Origin: an uncultured Dehalococcoidia bacterium
GTDB taxonomy: Bacteria > Chloroflexota > Dehalococcoidia > Lucifugimonadales > UBA826
Length of the DNA: 64,000 nucleotides
Direction of reading: 5' to 3'
Assembly: GCA_964500645.1 (NCBI GenBank)
Contig: CAZCOH010000001.1
Coordinates: 24,967 to 88,966, forward strand
Part shown: positions 38,160-48,300 of the stretch, piece by piece
Layout: the number at the start of each line of letters is the position of its first letter
Position numbering within the stretch: the stretch's first letter is position 1
Notes under the pieces: generated by a model
Databases searched by the model: none
What the model saw: only the letters and a program-made list of their open reading frames with translations
What the model was told of the DNA's origin: nothing
Position numbers and translations under genes: made by a program

Positions 38160-39725
38160 ATGAAATACGACACAATTATTATTGGAGCAGGATCAGCAGG
38201 CTCAATCCTGGCTACAAGACTATCAGAAGACCCGACGAAGTCTGTCCTACTACTGGAATCTGGGCCCGACTATCCAGATATGGATAGCTTGCCAGACGAA
38301 GTCAAATACGGGTATGCAACAGGAACAGAAATCACAACAAGTGACCATAATTGGCAATTTACAGCTAGAGGCACAGACGACGCGGAAATACTTGTACCAA
38401 GAGGGAAAGTTACTGGAGGATCGAGCGCAATAAACGGGCAAATATTTCTGAGAGGCATACCAGAAGACTACGACAATTGGGAAAGTGAAGGTAATAAAGG
38501 CTGGAACTACCAAAACATGTTGCCATATTTCAACAAAGTCGAGACAGACACAACATACCAGGACGATCCCGGAGACTTCCATGGTTCAGAAGGACCGATA
38601 ATATGTCACCGATTTCCCAGAGAAGAGTGGCTAACAGGGTCCCAGGCCTTTGAAAAAGCTTGTCTTGAAGCCGGGTTTTCGTCCTGCGAAGATGCTAACG
38701 CCCCAGGAACTACCGGAGTGGGACCTCTCCCTCTAAACAATCCGAACGGAATTAGATGGTCAACAGCAATTGGATATCTTGGTCTCTCCAGACATAGATT
38801 AAACCTCACTATCAGACCTAATGTGGATGTTAAAAAAATACTTTTTGATACCTCTAGTGGTACTCCTCGGGCCACAGGTGTAGAAGTGGTCTCCGACGAA
38901 GAAACTTTTGCAATAGAGGGTGAAGAAATAATTTTGAGTGCCGGAGCGGCAATTTCACCACAGATCCTGATGCTTAGTGGAGTGGGACCTTCAGATCATC
39001 TTGCTGAACACGGAATTGAAAGTGTAGTAAATCTACCCGGGGTGGGTCAAAATCTGGCAGATCATCCCATGCTTTATGTTACTTGGCGTACCAAACCAGA
39101 AGTTGATCTTGACGCTCTCGGACCTAGGATACAGTTAACCTTAAGATATACGGCTGAAGGATCTGATCTAGAAAACGACATGATTGTTTACATGATGTGT
39201 GCTGCAAGTGATAGACCGGAACGGGGTGGATTAAGAAGTAATCCGATAGGTCTGCAAACAAATTTGTGCGTAAATTTGGCCAAAGGTAAGGGAGAAATAA
39301 GATTGAATTCTTCCGATTACCGAGACCAGCCTCATCTGGATTACAACTACCTAGATGAAGAAGAAGATCGCCGGCGTTTTAGAGATGGTATACGAATGCT
39401 AGTCAATCTTGAAAACAGCGCAGACATGGCAGCTTTGATAGAGGAAAGAATAACTCCTTTAGATTCTGACCTTGAATCAGATGAAGCAATGAATGCATGG
39501 ATGAGGAAAGATGTAACAACAGGACATCACATTTCGTGCACTAACAAAATGGGTCCTGCTACAGATGAAATGGCAGTCGTAGACGAATCAGGCCGAGTTA
39601 GAGGAACTCTAGGACTCAGAGTTGTGGACGCCTCAATAATGCCTGAATGCGTACGAGCAAATATAAACGTCACTGTAATGACGATGGCAGAACGGATATC
39701 TGATCTAATAAAACAGGGAGAATAG
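38160..39725 (+). CDS. GMC family oxidoreductase (choline dehydrogenase-like)
   Basis: 521 aa. YDTIIIGAGSAGSILATRLSED FAD motif, ...GGSSAINGQ..., C-terminal ...HHISCTNKMG... active-site region. Confidence 0.9.
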   Translation: MKYDTIIIGAGSAGSILATRLSEDPTKSVLLLESGPDYPDMDSLPDEVKYGYATGTEITTSDHNWQFTARGTDDAEILVPRGKVTGGSSAINGQIFLRGIPEDYDNWESEGNKGWNYQNMLPYFNKVETDTTYQDDPGDFHGSEGPIICHRFPREEWLTGSQAFEKACLEAGFSSCEDANAPGTTGVGPLPLNNPNGIRWSTAIGYLGLSRHRLNLTIRPNVDVKKILFDTSSGTPRATGVEVVSDEETFAIEGEEIILSAGAAISPQILMLSGVGPSDHLAEHGIESVVNLPGVGQNLADHPMLYVTWRTKPEVDLDALGPRIQLTLRYTAEGSDLENDMIVYMMCAASDRPERGGLRSNPIGLQTNLCVNLAKGKGEIRLNSSDYRDQPHLDYNYLDEEEDRRRFRDGIRMLVNLENSADMAALIEERITPLDSDLESDEAMNAWMRKDVTTGHHISCTNKMGPATDEMAVVDESGRVRGTLGLRVVDASIMPECVRANINVTVMTMAERISDLIKQGE

Positions 39726-39728
39726 ATA

Positions 39729-40112
39729 ATGTCAGAATCTTTCGAGCGGGGACTTCAAACCAGGAAAGAAGTTCTGGGCGCAGAATACGTGGAAAATTCC
39801 ATAAAAAATGCTACTCCTTTTGATCTACCATTTCAGGAATTTGTCACTGAGTCAGCCTGGGGCAATGTCTGGACCAAAGGGCCCCTAGATAGAAAGACAA
39901 AAAGCATAATAACTTTGTCTGTACTCGTAGCGTTAAGAGCCGAAGATGAGATAGCACTCCATATCCGTGGGGCAGTAAACAATGGAGTAACCCCTGAAGA
40001 AATTATGGGTCTGTTGATACATGCCTCGGTTTACGCAGGGGTACCATCATCACTGTCAGCAGTCCGAGTGGCCAAAAGAGTATTAACTGAAATGGGGAAA
40101 ATAAACACATAA
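39729..40112 (+). CDS. Carboxymuconolactone decarboxylase family protein (PcaC-like)
   Basis: 127 aa. ...WGNVWTKGPLDRKTKSIITLSVLVAL... and ...HIRGAVNNGVTPEEI... Confidence 0.8.
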   Translation: MSESFERGLQTRKEVLGAEYVENSIKNATPFDLPFQEFVTESAWGNVWTKGPLDRKTKSIITLSVLVALRAEDEIALHIRGAVNNGVTPEEIMGLLIHASVYAGVPSSLSAVRVAKRVLTEMGKINT

Positions 40113-40186
40113 CATAGATAGTATGAGAGACTAATCACAACATCCTTCTTTCCGAAATATCACTACTAGCGTTAGGAAGTATCAAA

Positions 40187-40432
40187 ATGGGGAAAATAAA
40201 AGTTTTTGGTACCACATGGTGTGGAGACTGTCATAGGGCCAAGTCATTTATGGATGAACATGACATTGCATATGACTGGACTGATGTAGATGCTGAACCT
40301 GAATTCCAAGACTACATCATTAAGTTAAATGGCGGAAATATGACGGTACCAACCATAATATTTGAAGACGGTTCAGTTCTTTTTGAACCCACAAATGAGG
40401 CTCTGGCTGAAAAATTCTCTATTGAGATCTGA
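40187..40432 (+). CDS. Glutaredoxin-like/NrdH-like small thiol oxidoreductase
   Basis: 81 aa. ...KVFGTTWCGDCHRAK... CxxC and ...TVPTIIFEDG... cis-Pro. Confidence 0.8.
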   Translation: MGKIKVFGTTWCGDCHRAKSFMDEHDIAYDWTDVDAEPEFQDYIIKLNGGNMTVPTIIFEDGSVLFEPTNEALAEKFSIEI

Positions 40433-41536
40433 TCACCTGTCCCGAGCTGTGTGTTGAAATTTTCCAGTAACAAAACCAGAAGAATCAACCACCTTTGTGT
40501 AAGGAAATTTAACTGTGAGGGTACACGCGTGGCCAGGGGCAGCGAGCACAAAATCTCCAACATTTAACGAATGTCCGTTTAGTTTCACAACTCCGTGTTC
40601 CTCACTCTGCTGAACAAGTTCTGAGTCAGGAAAATTAATTAATTTAAACCGGTGTTCCAAGGGCTGATCTGATGAACATGCTTTAGACCCGATGTCTAAT
40701 GTGACTGTGTCCATTTCGTCATCACGATCCACCACCTGTCCCAAAATCAGGCTCGCTATTTTAAAATTCAATTCATCCATTTCTGAATTTCTAGTATCCC
40801 AATAGATCCAAGTACCGGGAGTGACCCTTATATTGGGGCAGCCTATATAACCACTAAATGACCACGAACCTCCGGCAAGGTTATCTGCAAATGGGATTTT
40901 GTTCACCTCTGCATATTCCCATATGTCCTCAAATTTCTTTACATTGCGATTAATTATGGTTTCCCTTTCATAAACACCAGAAATATAGAGTGTTTCGCCA
41001 TCAAATACATGAAGTCCTACAGGGCTTAAGGATTCCGTATTAGCAATCTCAGTATAAAAACTCTTTGCATACTCACCAGGTTGAACTCCAGTTCTTCTCA
41101 TCCCGGTATCCAGGTCCATATAGACTCCCATGGATAGCCCATTCTCCTTCATTGTTGAGGAAAGTACTTTAAGGTGCTGTGGAGTACTAACAATCGACTT
41201 GATGTCTATTTTAGGGTGCCCTTCTTTAAGTTTAGCCATCCTTTCAAGCTTAAGTGGATGAATTACCGGATACGCTATTATTATTTCTTCAGCTCCAGCA
41301 TCAACAGCCATTTCAGCCTCGCGAAGAGTAGAACATTTAAATGACTTAATCCCCATTGCTATCTGTATTTTTAATACTTCCTGAGACTTATGGGTCTTCA
41401 GGTGGGGTACTACACCCTCCGCTCCACACATGCGAATTATTTCCTCTATGTTATGGCGAACTAAGTCGGAATAAGTCAGCATAGCCGGGGTATCAATTAG
41501 TTCTGGATTCTGTAGTTTGTAATCTCCAAACTCCAT
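40433..41536 (-). CDS. D-TA family PLP-dependent enzyme (alanine-racemase-fold, D-Ser dehydratase/D-Thr aldolase-like)
   Basis: 367 aa. ...VVPHLKTHKS... PLP-lysine motif, C-terminal beta domain ...EEHGVV... Confidence 0.8.
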   Translation of the reverse strand: MEFGDYKLQNPELIDTPAMLTYSDLVRHNIEEIIRMCGAEGVVPHLKTHKSQEVLKIQIAMGIKSFKCSTLREAEMAVDAGAEEIIIAYPVIHPLKLERMAKLKEGHPKIDIKSIVSTPQHLKVLSSTMKENGLSMGVYMDLDTGMRRTGVQPGEYAKSFYTEIANTESLSPVGLHVFDGETLYISGVYERETIINRNVKKFEDIWEYAEVNKIPFADNLAGGSWSFSGYIGCPNIRVTPGTWIYWDTRNSEMDELNFKIASLILGQVVDRDDEMDTVTLDIGSKACSSDQPLEHRFKLINFPDSELVQQSEEHGVVKLNGHSLNVGDFVLAAPGHACTLTVKFPYTKVVDSSGFVTGKFQHTARDR

Positions 41537-41547
41537 ATAACCACCTC

Positions 41548-43950
41548 CTAAATGGCGGGATCAGTACCTATATGCCCAAGGTCTTTCATTTTCTGAATAA
41601 TATTCTCATTCCTATCTACCAAATCCCGCAGAATGGATTCGGTATGTTCACCAAGTGTAGGTGCAGGTGCCCGAACTGTCGCGCTTGTTCTACTATAGTT
41701 CCAGGGAGGAGACACGTAGTAATAAGCGCCTGAATCTCGATGAAGAAATTCTTCATATAACTCCATGTCATAAAATTCTTGTTTGGTCGCGACTTGGAGA
41801 GTATCCAGAACAACTTCACATGGAATTCCATTCTCGCGAATTTTTTCAGCAACCGTGACAGCATCGATTTTCTTAATCATTTCAGAAATAATATTATCTA
41901 GATCTACACCATTTTTCTGTCTAAGTTCTCTAGTTAAAAATCTATAATCTGACTTCAGGTCTTCGATTCCTAAAACTAGACATAAAGAATTCCATTCATT
42001 TTGATCGGTAACTGTCAATGCAACCCATTTATTATCCCGGGACTTGTAACATCCCTGTGGTCCAGCATTTCTTTGAAAATTACCTTGACGGCCTGGCGTT
42101 GATCCATTATGAGATGCATCTACTAAATATTCAGCCAGAAGGCTCATAGTACCTTCCTGCTGAGAAACTTCAACGCACTGACCTTTACCAGTTACAAGCC
42201 TGTGTCTCAACGCGGTCAACACTGCCCCCGCAGACAAAATCCCACAATAGGCGTCTGTGTGCATAATCCCTGAGTTAAGAGGTGGCCCGCCGGGATATCC
42301 AATCAAATGCGACATCCCTGACACCGGTTCTGTCGTACCACCATTACCGGGAAAAGTTGAATAGGGACCGTAGGTACCGTACGTTGGCATCCTTAACATA
42401 ACAATCGATGGATTTACTTTGCGCAATGATTCGTAATCCAATCCCAGGTTCCCTATGACCCGACCTGAAAAATTCTCTACAAAAACATCACTGATTTTTA
42501 TTAGATCCAGTAAAGCTGCCTTACATTCTTCATCATTTAGATCCAGAGTCATACCCTTCTTATTTCTATTAACTGAATTGTATTGCGCATTCCTGTTCCA
42601 GGGTCTATCACCAGGATCATTATCTGCATACATCCCATTTAGTCGGGGTGGTAGCCCTCCCCTCCAGGGATCCAGTCTGTGTACTGACTCAACCTGAATC
42701 ACATCCATTCCTAGATCACCAAGTAGCTGCGTAGAATAAGCTCCAGCCCAAGCCTGAGTAAGTACGGTAGCCCTTAATCCGTCCAACGGTCCTTTCCCTA
42801 TAGGGTGATGGTCACTAAAAGTATTTATGTTTAGGGCATCCAACATATTTGAAATAATCTCGGTTCTTTCCAATTTAAGTGGTGCAGAATTTCGGAAAGC
42901 CGATGGAGATGAGGTCATTTTTGATGGATTGGATGGCATTTTTATTCTCTCATCATCGTTGTAGGAAAATAATGCCTCTCTTTCGCCAAGATGCTTGTCA
43001 TTGATCAAGTCATCAATGGAATTAGCCGGTCCTACCATTATTCGTAGAGGACTAAGTTCGGTTAGCAGTTCCTCTCTTGTGTATTTAGCCAATTGAGGAA
43101 GAAGAATCCTGGATAGTTCAGCCTCATTTTCCCTTCTCTTAGCTGCAGTATCGAATCTTTCGTCCCGGGCAAAGTCAGGATCTCCAAGAAAAACCCATAG
43201 AAGTTCCCATGTTGGTTCGTGTCTGACACTTAGAGAAACGTACCCGTCCTTACAGGGAAACAAACCGAAGTGAAGACCCTGCTCCCGTCTCTTGATTGGC
43301 TGTCCCGTATGAAGAGATCCAAGTAAATAAGGGCTGTAACTGGACAGTGAAGAGTGGAGTAAAGAGACGCCCAATCGTTGACCAATCCCCGTAGTATCCC
43401 TGTGAATAAGAGCTGCCACTATCCCTGAAAAGGCATTTGCCCCCGCTGTGAATTCAGTTTCCATTCCAGGTTCTTTCAGAGGATATCCTTTGTTAGTACC
43501 ATTCACGCTGCAATAACCCGATATCGCCTGGATTGTAAGATCACTATACGGTCGGTCCGACCATTCATTTCCTCTGCCAAACGGTGTTATAGAGCAAACG
43601 ATGGCGTCTTCTGAAACACCTGACATCATAATCTTTACGTCAGCACGGTGGTGTTCTATATCCGAAAAATCTTCAACAACAATATCAATGCGGCTTAGAA
43701 ATTCTGCAGGATCTTCTTTCAGTGATTCCGGCAAATTTGACTTATTAAAGTTAAGAAAGTGATACATACCACTTTCTACTGGATGATTCTCCACATGTAT
43801 TACGGGGCCATAATCTAGCGATACATCTTTCCTACCGGGAAGTGAAACCTTGAAAACCTCGGCTCCAAAATCAGCCAGTAGGCGAGAGCAAAAAGATGCG
43901 GCGAACCCAGACGAAATATCTAAAACTTTAAGGTCAGAAAAGGCAGACAT
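41548..43950 (-). CDS. Tandem-fused family III CoA-transferase (two CaiB/BaiF-like modules in one 800 aa protein)
   Basis: Module 1 begins LKVLDISSGFAASFCSRLLADFGAEVFKV. Module 2 begins at about residue 395, LDGLRATVLTQAWAGAYSTQLLGDLGMDVIQVES. Each has an N-x-NK...DL and ...G.GQ..(G/E)VS... region. Confidence 0.85.
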   Translation of the reverse strand: MSAFSDLKVLDISSGFAASFCSRLLADFGAEVFKVSLPGRKDVSLDYGPVIHVENHPVESGMYHFLNFNKSNLPESLKEDPAEFLSRIDIVVEDFSDIEHHRADVKIMMSGVSEDAIVCSITPFGRGNEWSDRPYSDLTIQAISGYCSVNGTNKGYPLKEPGMETEFTAGANAFSGIVAALIHRDTTGIGQRLGVSLLHSSLSSYSPYLLGSLHTGQPIKRREQGLHFGLFPCKDGYVSLSVRHEPTWELLWVFLGDPDFARDERFDTAAKRRENEAELSRILLPQLAKYTREELLTELSPLRIMVGPANSIDDLINDKHLGEREALFSYNDDERIKMPSNPSKMTSSPSAFRNSAPLKLERTEIISNMLDALNINTFSDHHPIGKGPLDGLRATVLTQAWAGAYSTQLLGDLGMDVIQVESVHRLDPWRGGLPPRLNGMYADNDPGDRPWNRNAQYNSVNRNKKGMTLDLNDEECKAALLDLIKISDVFVENFSGRVIGNLGLDYESLRKVNPSIVMLRMPTYGTYGPYSTFPGNGGTTEPVSGMSHLIGYPGGPPLNSGIMHTDAYCGILSAGAVLTALRHRLVTGKGQCVEVSQQEGTMSLLAEYLVDASHNGSTPGRQGNFQRNAGPQGCYKSRDNKWVALTVTDQNEWNSLCLVLGIEDLKSDYRFLTRELRQKNGVDLDNIISEMIKKIDAVTVAEKIRENGIPCEVVLDTLQVATKQEFYDMELYEEFLHRDSGAYYYVSPPWNYSRTSATVRAPAPTLGEHTESILRDLVDRNENIIQKMKDLGHIGTDPAI

Positions 43951-44777
43951 CAGTTTCTGTCACCAAATCTTTCATCTCGTTTTGCCGCCCTCTCTTTTGA
44001 GGTAATCCTCTCACCTTCGTACATCTCCCTTCTGTGAGACAATCCGAGCGCATGATTATGAAACCCGGATATTATGCTGTTCCGATAGCCCATCTGATCC
44101 TGGAGTTGATTAACCGAAGCCTTTGACAAACGAAGGGCAAATGGATCTTGTAAAGCTATTCTCTGAGCAAGCTTCATTGTCTCTTCTACCAAATCTTCCC
44201 TGGGAACAACTCTGTTAACCAGTCCCATTGTTTCTGCCTCTTTAGCAGTAATCCAGTCTCCGGTAAAAAGGTATTCTTTGGCTTTCCGCACCCCTATCTC
44301 ATAGGGTAGTGCGAGGTACTGCACGTGAGGACCACCCCACCGGACGGTACGGTCGCTGAAACGAGCATCTTCTGAGGCAACTATCAAGTCACATGATGCC
44401 GCAAGTATTATTCCTCCCATGATGCAATAACCATGAACCTGCGCTATTGTAGGTTTCGGGAAATCTCTCCACCTGAGAGTGTTTGCAACGTTCTGTTGCC
44501 AGCTTCTCTCGTATTCCCCTGCGGTACCGGGAGCATACGGCCTGTCCTCGCGGTCTTTCATTTCCTGAGGACTACCGAGATCGTGGCCCGCCGAAAAATG
44601 ATCTCCTGCCCCTGCGATAATTACCACTTTTACGGAATCATCTAGCCTGGCATTTTCGAAAGCATCATCAAGTTCCTCTCGCATAATCCGACTCTGAGCA
44701 TTTAGAACCTCAGGTCTATTTACGGTGATTGTCAGAACCGATTCATTCTGAGAAAGTATCAAGTCTGTATATTCCAT
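43950..44777 (-). CDS. Enoyl-CoA hydratase/isomerase (crotonase) family
   Basis: MEYTDLILSQNESVLTITVNRPEVLNA..., ...GAGDHFSAGHDLG..., ...AQVHGYCIMGG... The stop overlaps the CoA-transferase start (ATGA). The track ORF starts at GTG 44807. Confidence 0.88.
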   Translation of the reverse strand: MEYTDLILSQNESVLTITVNRPEVLNAQSRIMREELDDAFENARLDDSVKVVIIAGAGDHFSAGHDLGSPQEMKDREDRPYAPGTAGEYERSWQQNVANTLRWRDFPKPTIAQVHGYCIMGGIILAASCDLIVASEDARFSDRTVRWGGPHVQYLALPYEIGVRKAKEYLFTGDWITAKEAETMGLVNRVVPREDLVEETMKLAQRIALQDPFALRLSKASVNQLQDQMGYRNSIISGFHNHALGLSHRREMYEGERITSKERAAKRDERFGDRN

Positions 44778-44920
44778 ATCAGTCTTACCCCTTGTAAACT
44801 TCGCCACTTACGCACTTCGTTTTATTTCAAAAAGTCGGCTCGATTATACTCATCATTGATCAGTATTTCAGATGTGATTAAATAACCTCAAAATAAAGAT
44901 CCGGAGGCATATTAGCTACC

Positions 44921-47194
44921 ATGACTTCAGAACCAAATTTTCAAGGCAAAATTGGGAAAACCTACAAAGACTCGATACCAGACTGGAAAGAACCGCCTTC
45001 CACTCATGATGGAAACTCACCCAATGTACTTATAATTCTCCTCGATGACACCGGGTTTGCTAATTTCGGATGCTTTGGCTCTACGATCGAGACCCCCAAT
45101 ATTGACTCACTCGCCTCAAATGGTCTCAGGTATTCAAATTTTCACGTTACTCCACTATGTTCACCAACAAGGGCTTCATTACTGACAGGCAGAAATCACC
45201 ACACCGTCGGCATGGGATCGATCGGTAACTACCATGACGCTGGATTCCCAAATCTTAGAGGACTCGTGAGTAGAAATGCCGCTCTACTTTCGGAAATGCT
45301 CAGAGAGGAGGGGTATGCCACTTATGCTCTAGGCAAATGGCATCTAAATCCTTCGGAAGAAACTTCAGCCGCCGGCCCCAGACACGGATGGCCTCTACAG
45401 AGGGGTTTCGATAGATTTTATGGATTCCTTGCCGGAGCCACAGATCAATTTTATCCCGAGCTAAGCTACGACAATCATCCTGTTGATCCCCCTAAAACAC
45501 CCGAGAACGGATATCACGTAACAGAGGATCTTGTCGATCACGGAATTCAATTTATAAACGACCAGAAATCCATTTATCCAAACACTCCGTTTTTTATGTA
45601 TCTTGCGACCGGTGCGATGCACTATCCACACCAGGTTCCGAAAAAATATATAGAAAAATATCGCGGCAAGTTTGATGAAGGATGGGATGTGATAAGAGAA
45701 AGGTATTTCAACAAGCAACTTGAACTTGGGATCATACCTGAAAATACTAAACTTCCTCCCAGGAATCCCGGAGTGCAACCCTGGAACGAGTTGGGGGAAA
45801 ACGAAAAGAAATTCATGTGCAGACTTCAGGAAACGTGGGCAGGTTTCCTCGACCATACTGATGAGCAAATAGGAAGACTCATTGACCATCTTAAGTCTAT
45901 AGGTGAGATCGATAACACAGTCGTCATAATTACAGCAGATAACGGAACCAGCCAAAATGGTGGCCCCTATGGTGTAATGAGAGTGGGCCCAAGTTCAGCT
46001 CGAAATGCGGCCAATGACGGAAGAACTGTTGGTGAAGAGATCGGACTGCCCACCATAGAAGAGAATTTCTCAGAGATCCAATCCATTCTTGATGAAATAG
46101 GTGGCCCAAAGAGCTACACAGATATTCCATGGGGATGGTCACAAGTAGGAAACACTCCACTTAGATGGTACAAACAAGATACCCACGGTGGTGGTGTGCG
46201 GGTACCTATGATCGTTCATTATCCTTCTTCATCAGATCAAGGGTCCACAAGTGGAAAGATTCGAAACCAGTTTCATCACGTAAGTGACATTACGCCTACT
46301 GTGCTGGACATACTTTCTATAGAACCAAGATCAAGTTACCTTGGTTACGATCAAATACCAATTTCGGGTACTAGCTTTGCTTACACACTAAGAAAAGAAA
46401 ACGATGACCAATCTCAAAAGAAAGTTCAGTATTTTGAGATGTCCGGGAACCGGGCAATATGGTCGGAAGGCTGGAAGGCGGTCACGCGCCACAGAAAAGA
46501 CGATGATTATGACTCAGAAACATGGGAACTCTACAACCTTACCGAAGACTTCTCTGAAACAAATGACCTGTCTGAATCCGAACCAGTAAGACTGAAAAAG
46601 ATGATTGAACTATGGTGGAGCGAAGCAGAAAAACATGGGGCCCTACCATTGGACGACAGATCCTTTGAAAAAACCGGCCCCAGTAAACAACCTGGCGCAT
46701 ATCACGAAGACCTACACTACCATTACAAAGCCCCTCTATCCCATATATCCTCACCATTATCACCGCAGATATTAAGAGGTGACTGGACCCTTACGGCAGA
46801 TATTACTATCGATAATCATGAGACTGAAGGAGTTATATATTCCCAAGGGTCTTCTATGGATGGATTTTCACTTTTCATCAAAGAAAACAAGCTTAACCTG
46901 TCACACAAGTCATCGGGCAGCGAAACCCGCTTACAATCCACAGAGTCACTGGACGTCGGTAGAGTAACTATAGTCCTACATAGCAATGACGATTCTGAAG
47001 GTGGGTTGTCAATTTCAATGCATGTAGATGATAAAAACTTCGGAATAGTCTCAATCGACAGTAAATCTAAAGGATCCCGAATGGGCACGGATGTGGGAAA
47101 AGACGCATTATCTCCCATTTCTGATGCATATGATGCTCCTTTTCCTTTCACAGGAACAATACATACCGTCGATATCGTGGTTGTACCGGGATGA
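44921..47194 (+). CDS. Arylsulfatase (Cys-type), long form with a C-terminal beta-rich extension
   Basis: 757 aa. VLIILLDDTGFANFGCFG and PLCSPTRASLLTG (C-x-P-x-R). About 200 aa of extra C-terminal domain. Confidence 0.9.
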   Translation: MTSEPNFQGKIGKTYKDSIPDWKEPPSTHDGNSPNVLIILLDDTGFANFGCFGSTIETPNIDSLASNGLRYSNFHVTPLCSPTRASLLTGRNHHTVGMGSIGNYHDAGFPNLRGLVSRNAALLSEMLREEGYATYALGKWHLNPSEETSAAGPRHGWPLQRGFDRFYGFLAGATDQFYPELSYDNHPVDPPKTPENGYHVTEDLVDHGIQFINDQKSIYPNTPFFMYLATGAMHYPHQVPKKYIEKYRGKFDEGWDVIRERYFNKQLELGIIPENTKLPPRNPGVQPWNELGENEKKFMCRLQETWAGFLDHTDEQIGRLIDHLKSIGEIDNTVVIITADNGTSQNGGPYGVMRVGPSSARNAANDGRTVGEEIGLPTIEENFSEIQSILDEIGGPKSYTDIPWGWSQVGNTPLRWYKQDTHGGGVRVPMIVHYPSSSDQGSTSGKIRNQFHHVSDITPTVLDILSIEPRSSYLGYDQIPISGTSFAYTLRKENDDQSQKKVQYFEMSGNRAIWSEGWKAVTRHRKDDDYDSETWELYNLTEDFSETNDLSESEPVRLKKMIELWWSEAEKHGALPLDDRSFEKTGPSKQPGAYHEDLHYHYKAPLSHISSPLSPQILRGDWTLTADITIDNHETEGVIYSQGSSMDGFSLFIKENKLNLSHKSSGSETRLQSTESLDVGRVTIVLHSNDDSEGGLSISMHVDDKNFGIVSIDSKSKGSRMGTDVGKDALSPISDAYDAPFPFTGTIHTVDIVVVPG

Positions 47195-47247
47195 ACACTA
47201 ATCACTGAAACATAAAAGATACATACGATTTTCTGAAGGAGGAGAGT

Positions 47248-48174
47248 ATGAAGGTAGGATTTATAGGTCTTGGTGGTATCGGCAAGCACATGGCAATAAA
47301 TATTGCCAAAGCAGATTTTGATCTCACAGTCACTGATCTACGCGAGCCACCCCTTAAGGAACTCGAAACGCACGGAGCCCATATTGCTGGCAACCCCCGT
47401 GAGGTAGCTGAATCCGCTGACATAATATTATCCAGCCTTCCATCTAATGAAGCGAGCATAGAAGTAGCTCTTGGATCGGATGGTGTCCTGAACGGTACCA
47501 AAAATGGCGATATTTACATAGAGCTGAGTACCATTAGCCCAGAAGTGGTTCACTCGATTGCTAGTGAAGCGGAAAGTAAAGGCGTGTCAGTTCTGGATGC
47601 CCCGGTAAGTGGAGGACTTAAAAAACGTCAGGAAGGATTACTGACCGTTATGGTGGGAGGTGACACAAAAAGCGTGACACGAGCGATGCCGGTTTTCGAG
47701 GCTTTTGGAAATAATATATTTCACGTAGGAGAGAGTGGATCAGGGGCTACCATAAAGCTGATCAATAATCTTCTTTGCGGCATAAATTACGTTAGCACGA
47801 TGGAGGCACTTGTACTGGGTGCAAAGTCAGGCCTGGATATAGAAACACTGAGATCAGTAATCAGTGAGAGCAGCGGTAACAGTTATGCCTTTGAAGAAGT
47901 GATTAATAATCTCACTACTCGCAGTCCTGAACCCCCACAAGGTGAGATTGCTACTCAGGGACTGCACACCATCGGTAAAGATGTAATATTGGCGAATGAG
48001 ATGGCACAGAACATGTCTGTACCTCTATCTGTCGGTTCATCAGCACTACAACCTTTACTAGCCGGCTTAGCGAACGGCTGGGCTCATAAGGAATACTGGG
48101 TAATCCTGAAATTGTTAGAGCAGCTTAGCGGGGTAGAGGTAATGCCACGGGAATTGCGACATTCCGAGGATTAG
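47248..48174 (+). CDS. NAD(P)-dependent oxidoreductase, 3-hydroxyisobutyrate dehydrogenase family
   Basis: 308 aa. MKVGFIGLGGIGKHMA Rossmann motif, ...LDAPVSGG..., ...GSGATIKLINN... Confidence 0.88.
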   Translation: MKVGFIGLGGIGKHMAINIAKADFDLTVTDLREPPLKELETHGAHIAGNPREVAESADIILSSLPSNEASIEVALGSDGVLNGTKNGDIYIELSTISPEVVHSIASEAESKGVSVLDAPVSGGLKKRQEGLLTVMVGGDTKSVTRAMPVFEAFGNNIFHVGESGSGATIKLINNLLCGINYVSTMEALVLGAKSGLDIETLRSVISESSGNSYAFEEVINNLTTRSPEPPQGEIATQGLHTIGKDVILANEMAQNMSVPLSVGSSALQPLLAGLANGWAHKEYWVILKLLEQLSGVEVMPRELRHSED

Positions 48175-48300
48175 TCACATCATCAGCACATAAAGTCTTT
48201 GATTGGGTATCATCTCTGGTGTCACCCTTCCCTCAGGAGTCATGATTACTCCTGTAGCAGGCATATATGATGATTTTGGCAATTTAGCTGTGGAAGCTGA

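Noticed and set aside
48234-48254. Hairpin CAGGAGT-CATGATT-ACTCCTG between convergent genes as a terminator.
   Set aside because: The stem is only 7 bp with modest GC content, and there is no clear U-tract on either strand. Too weak to call.
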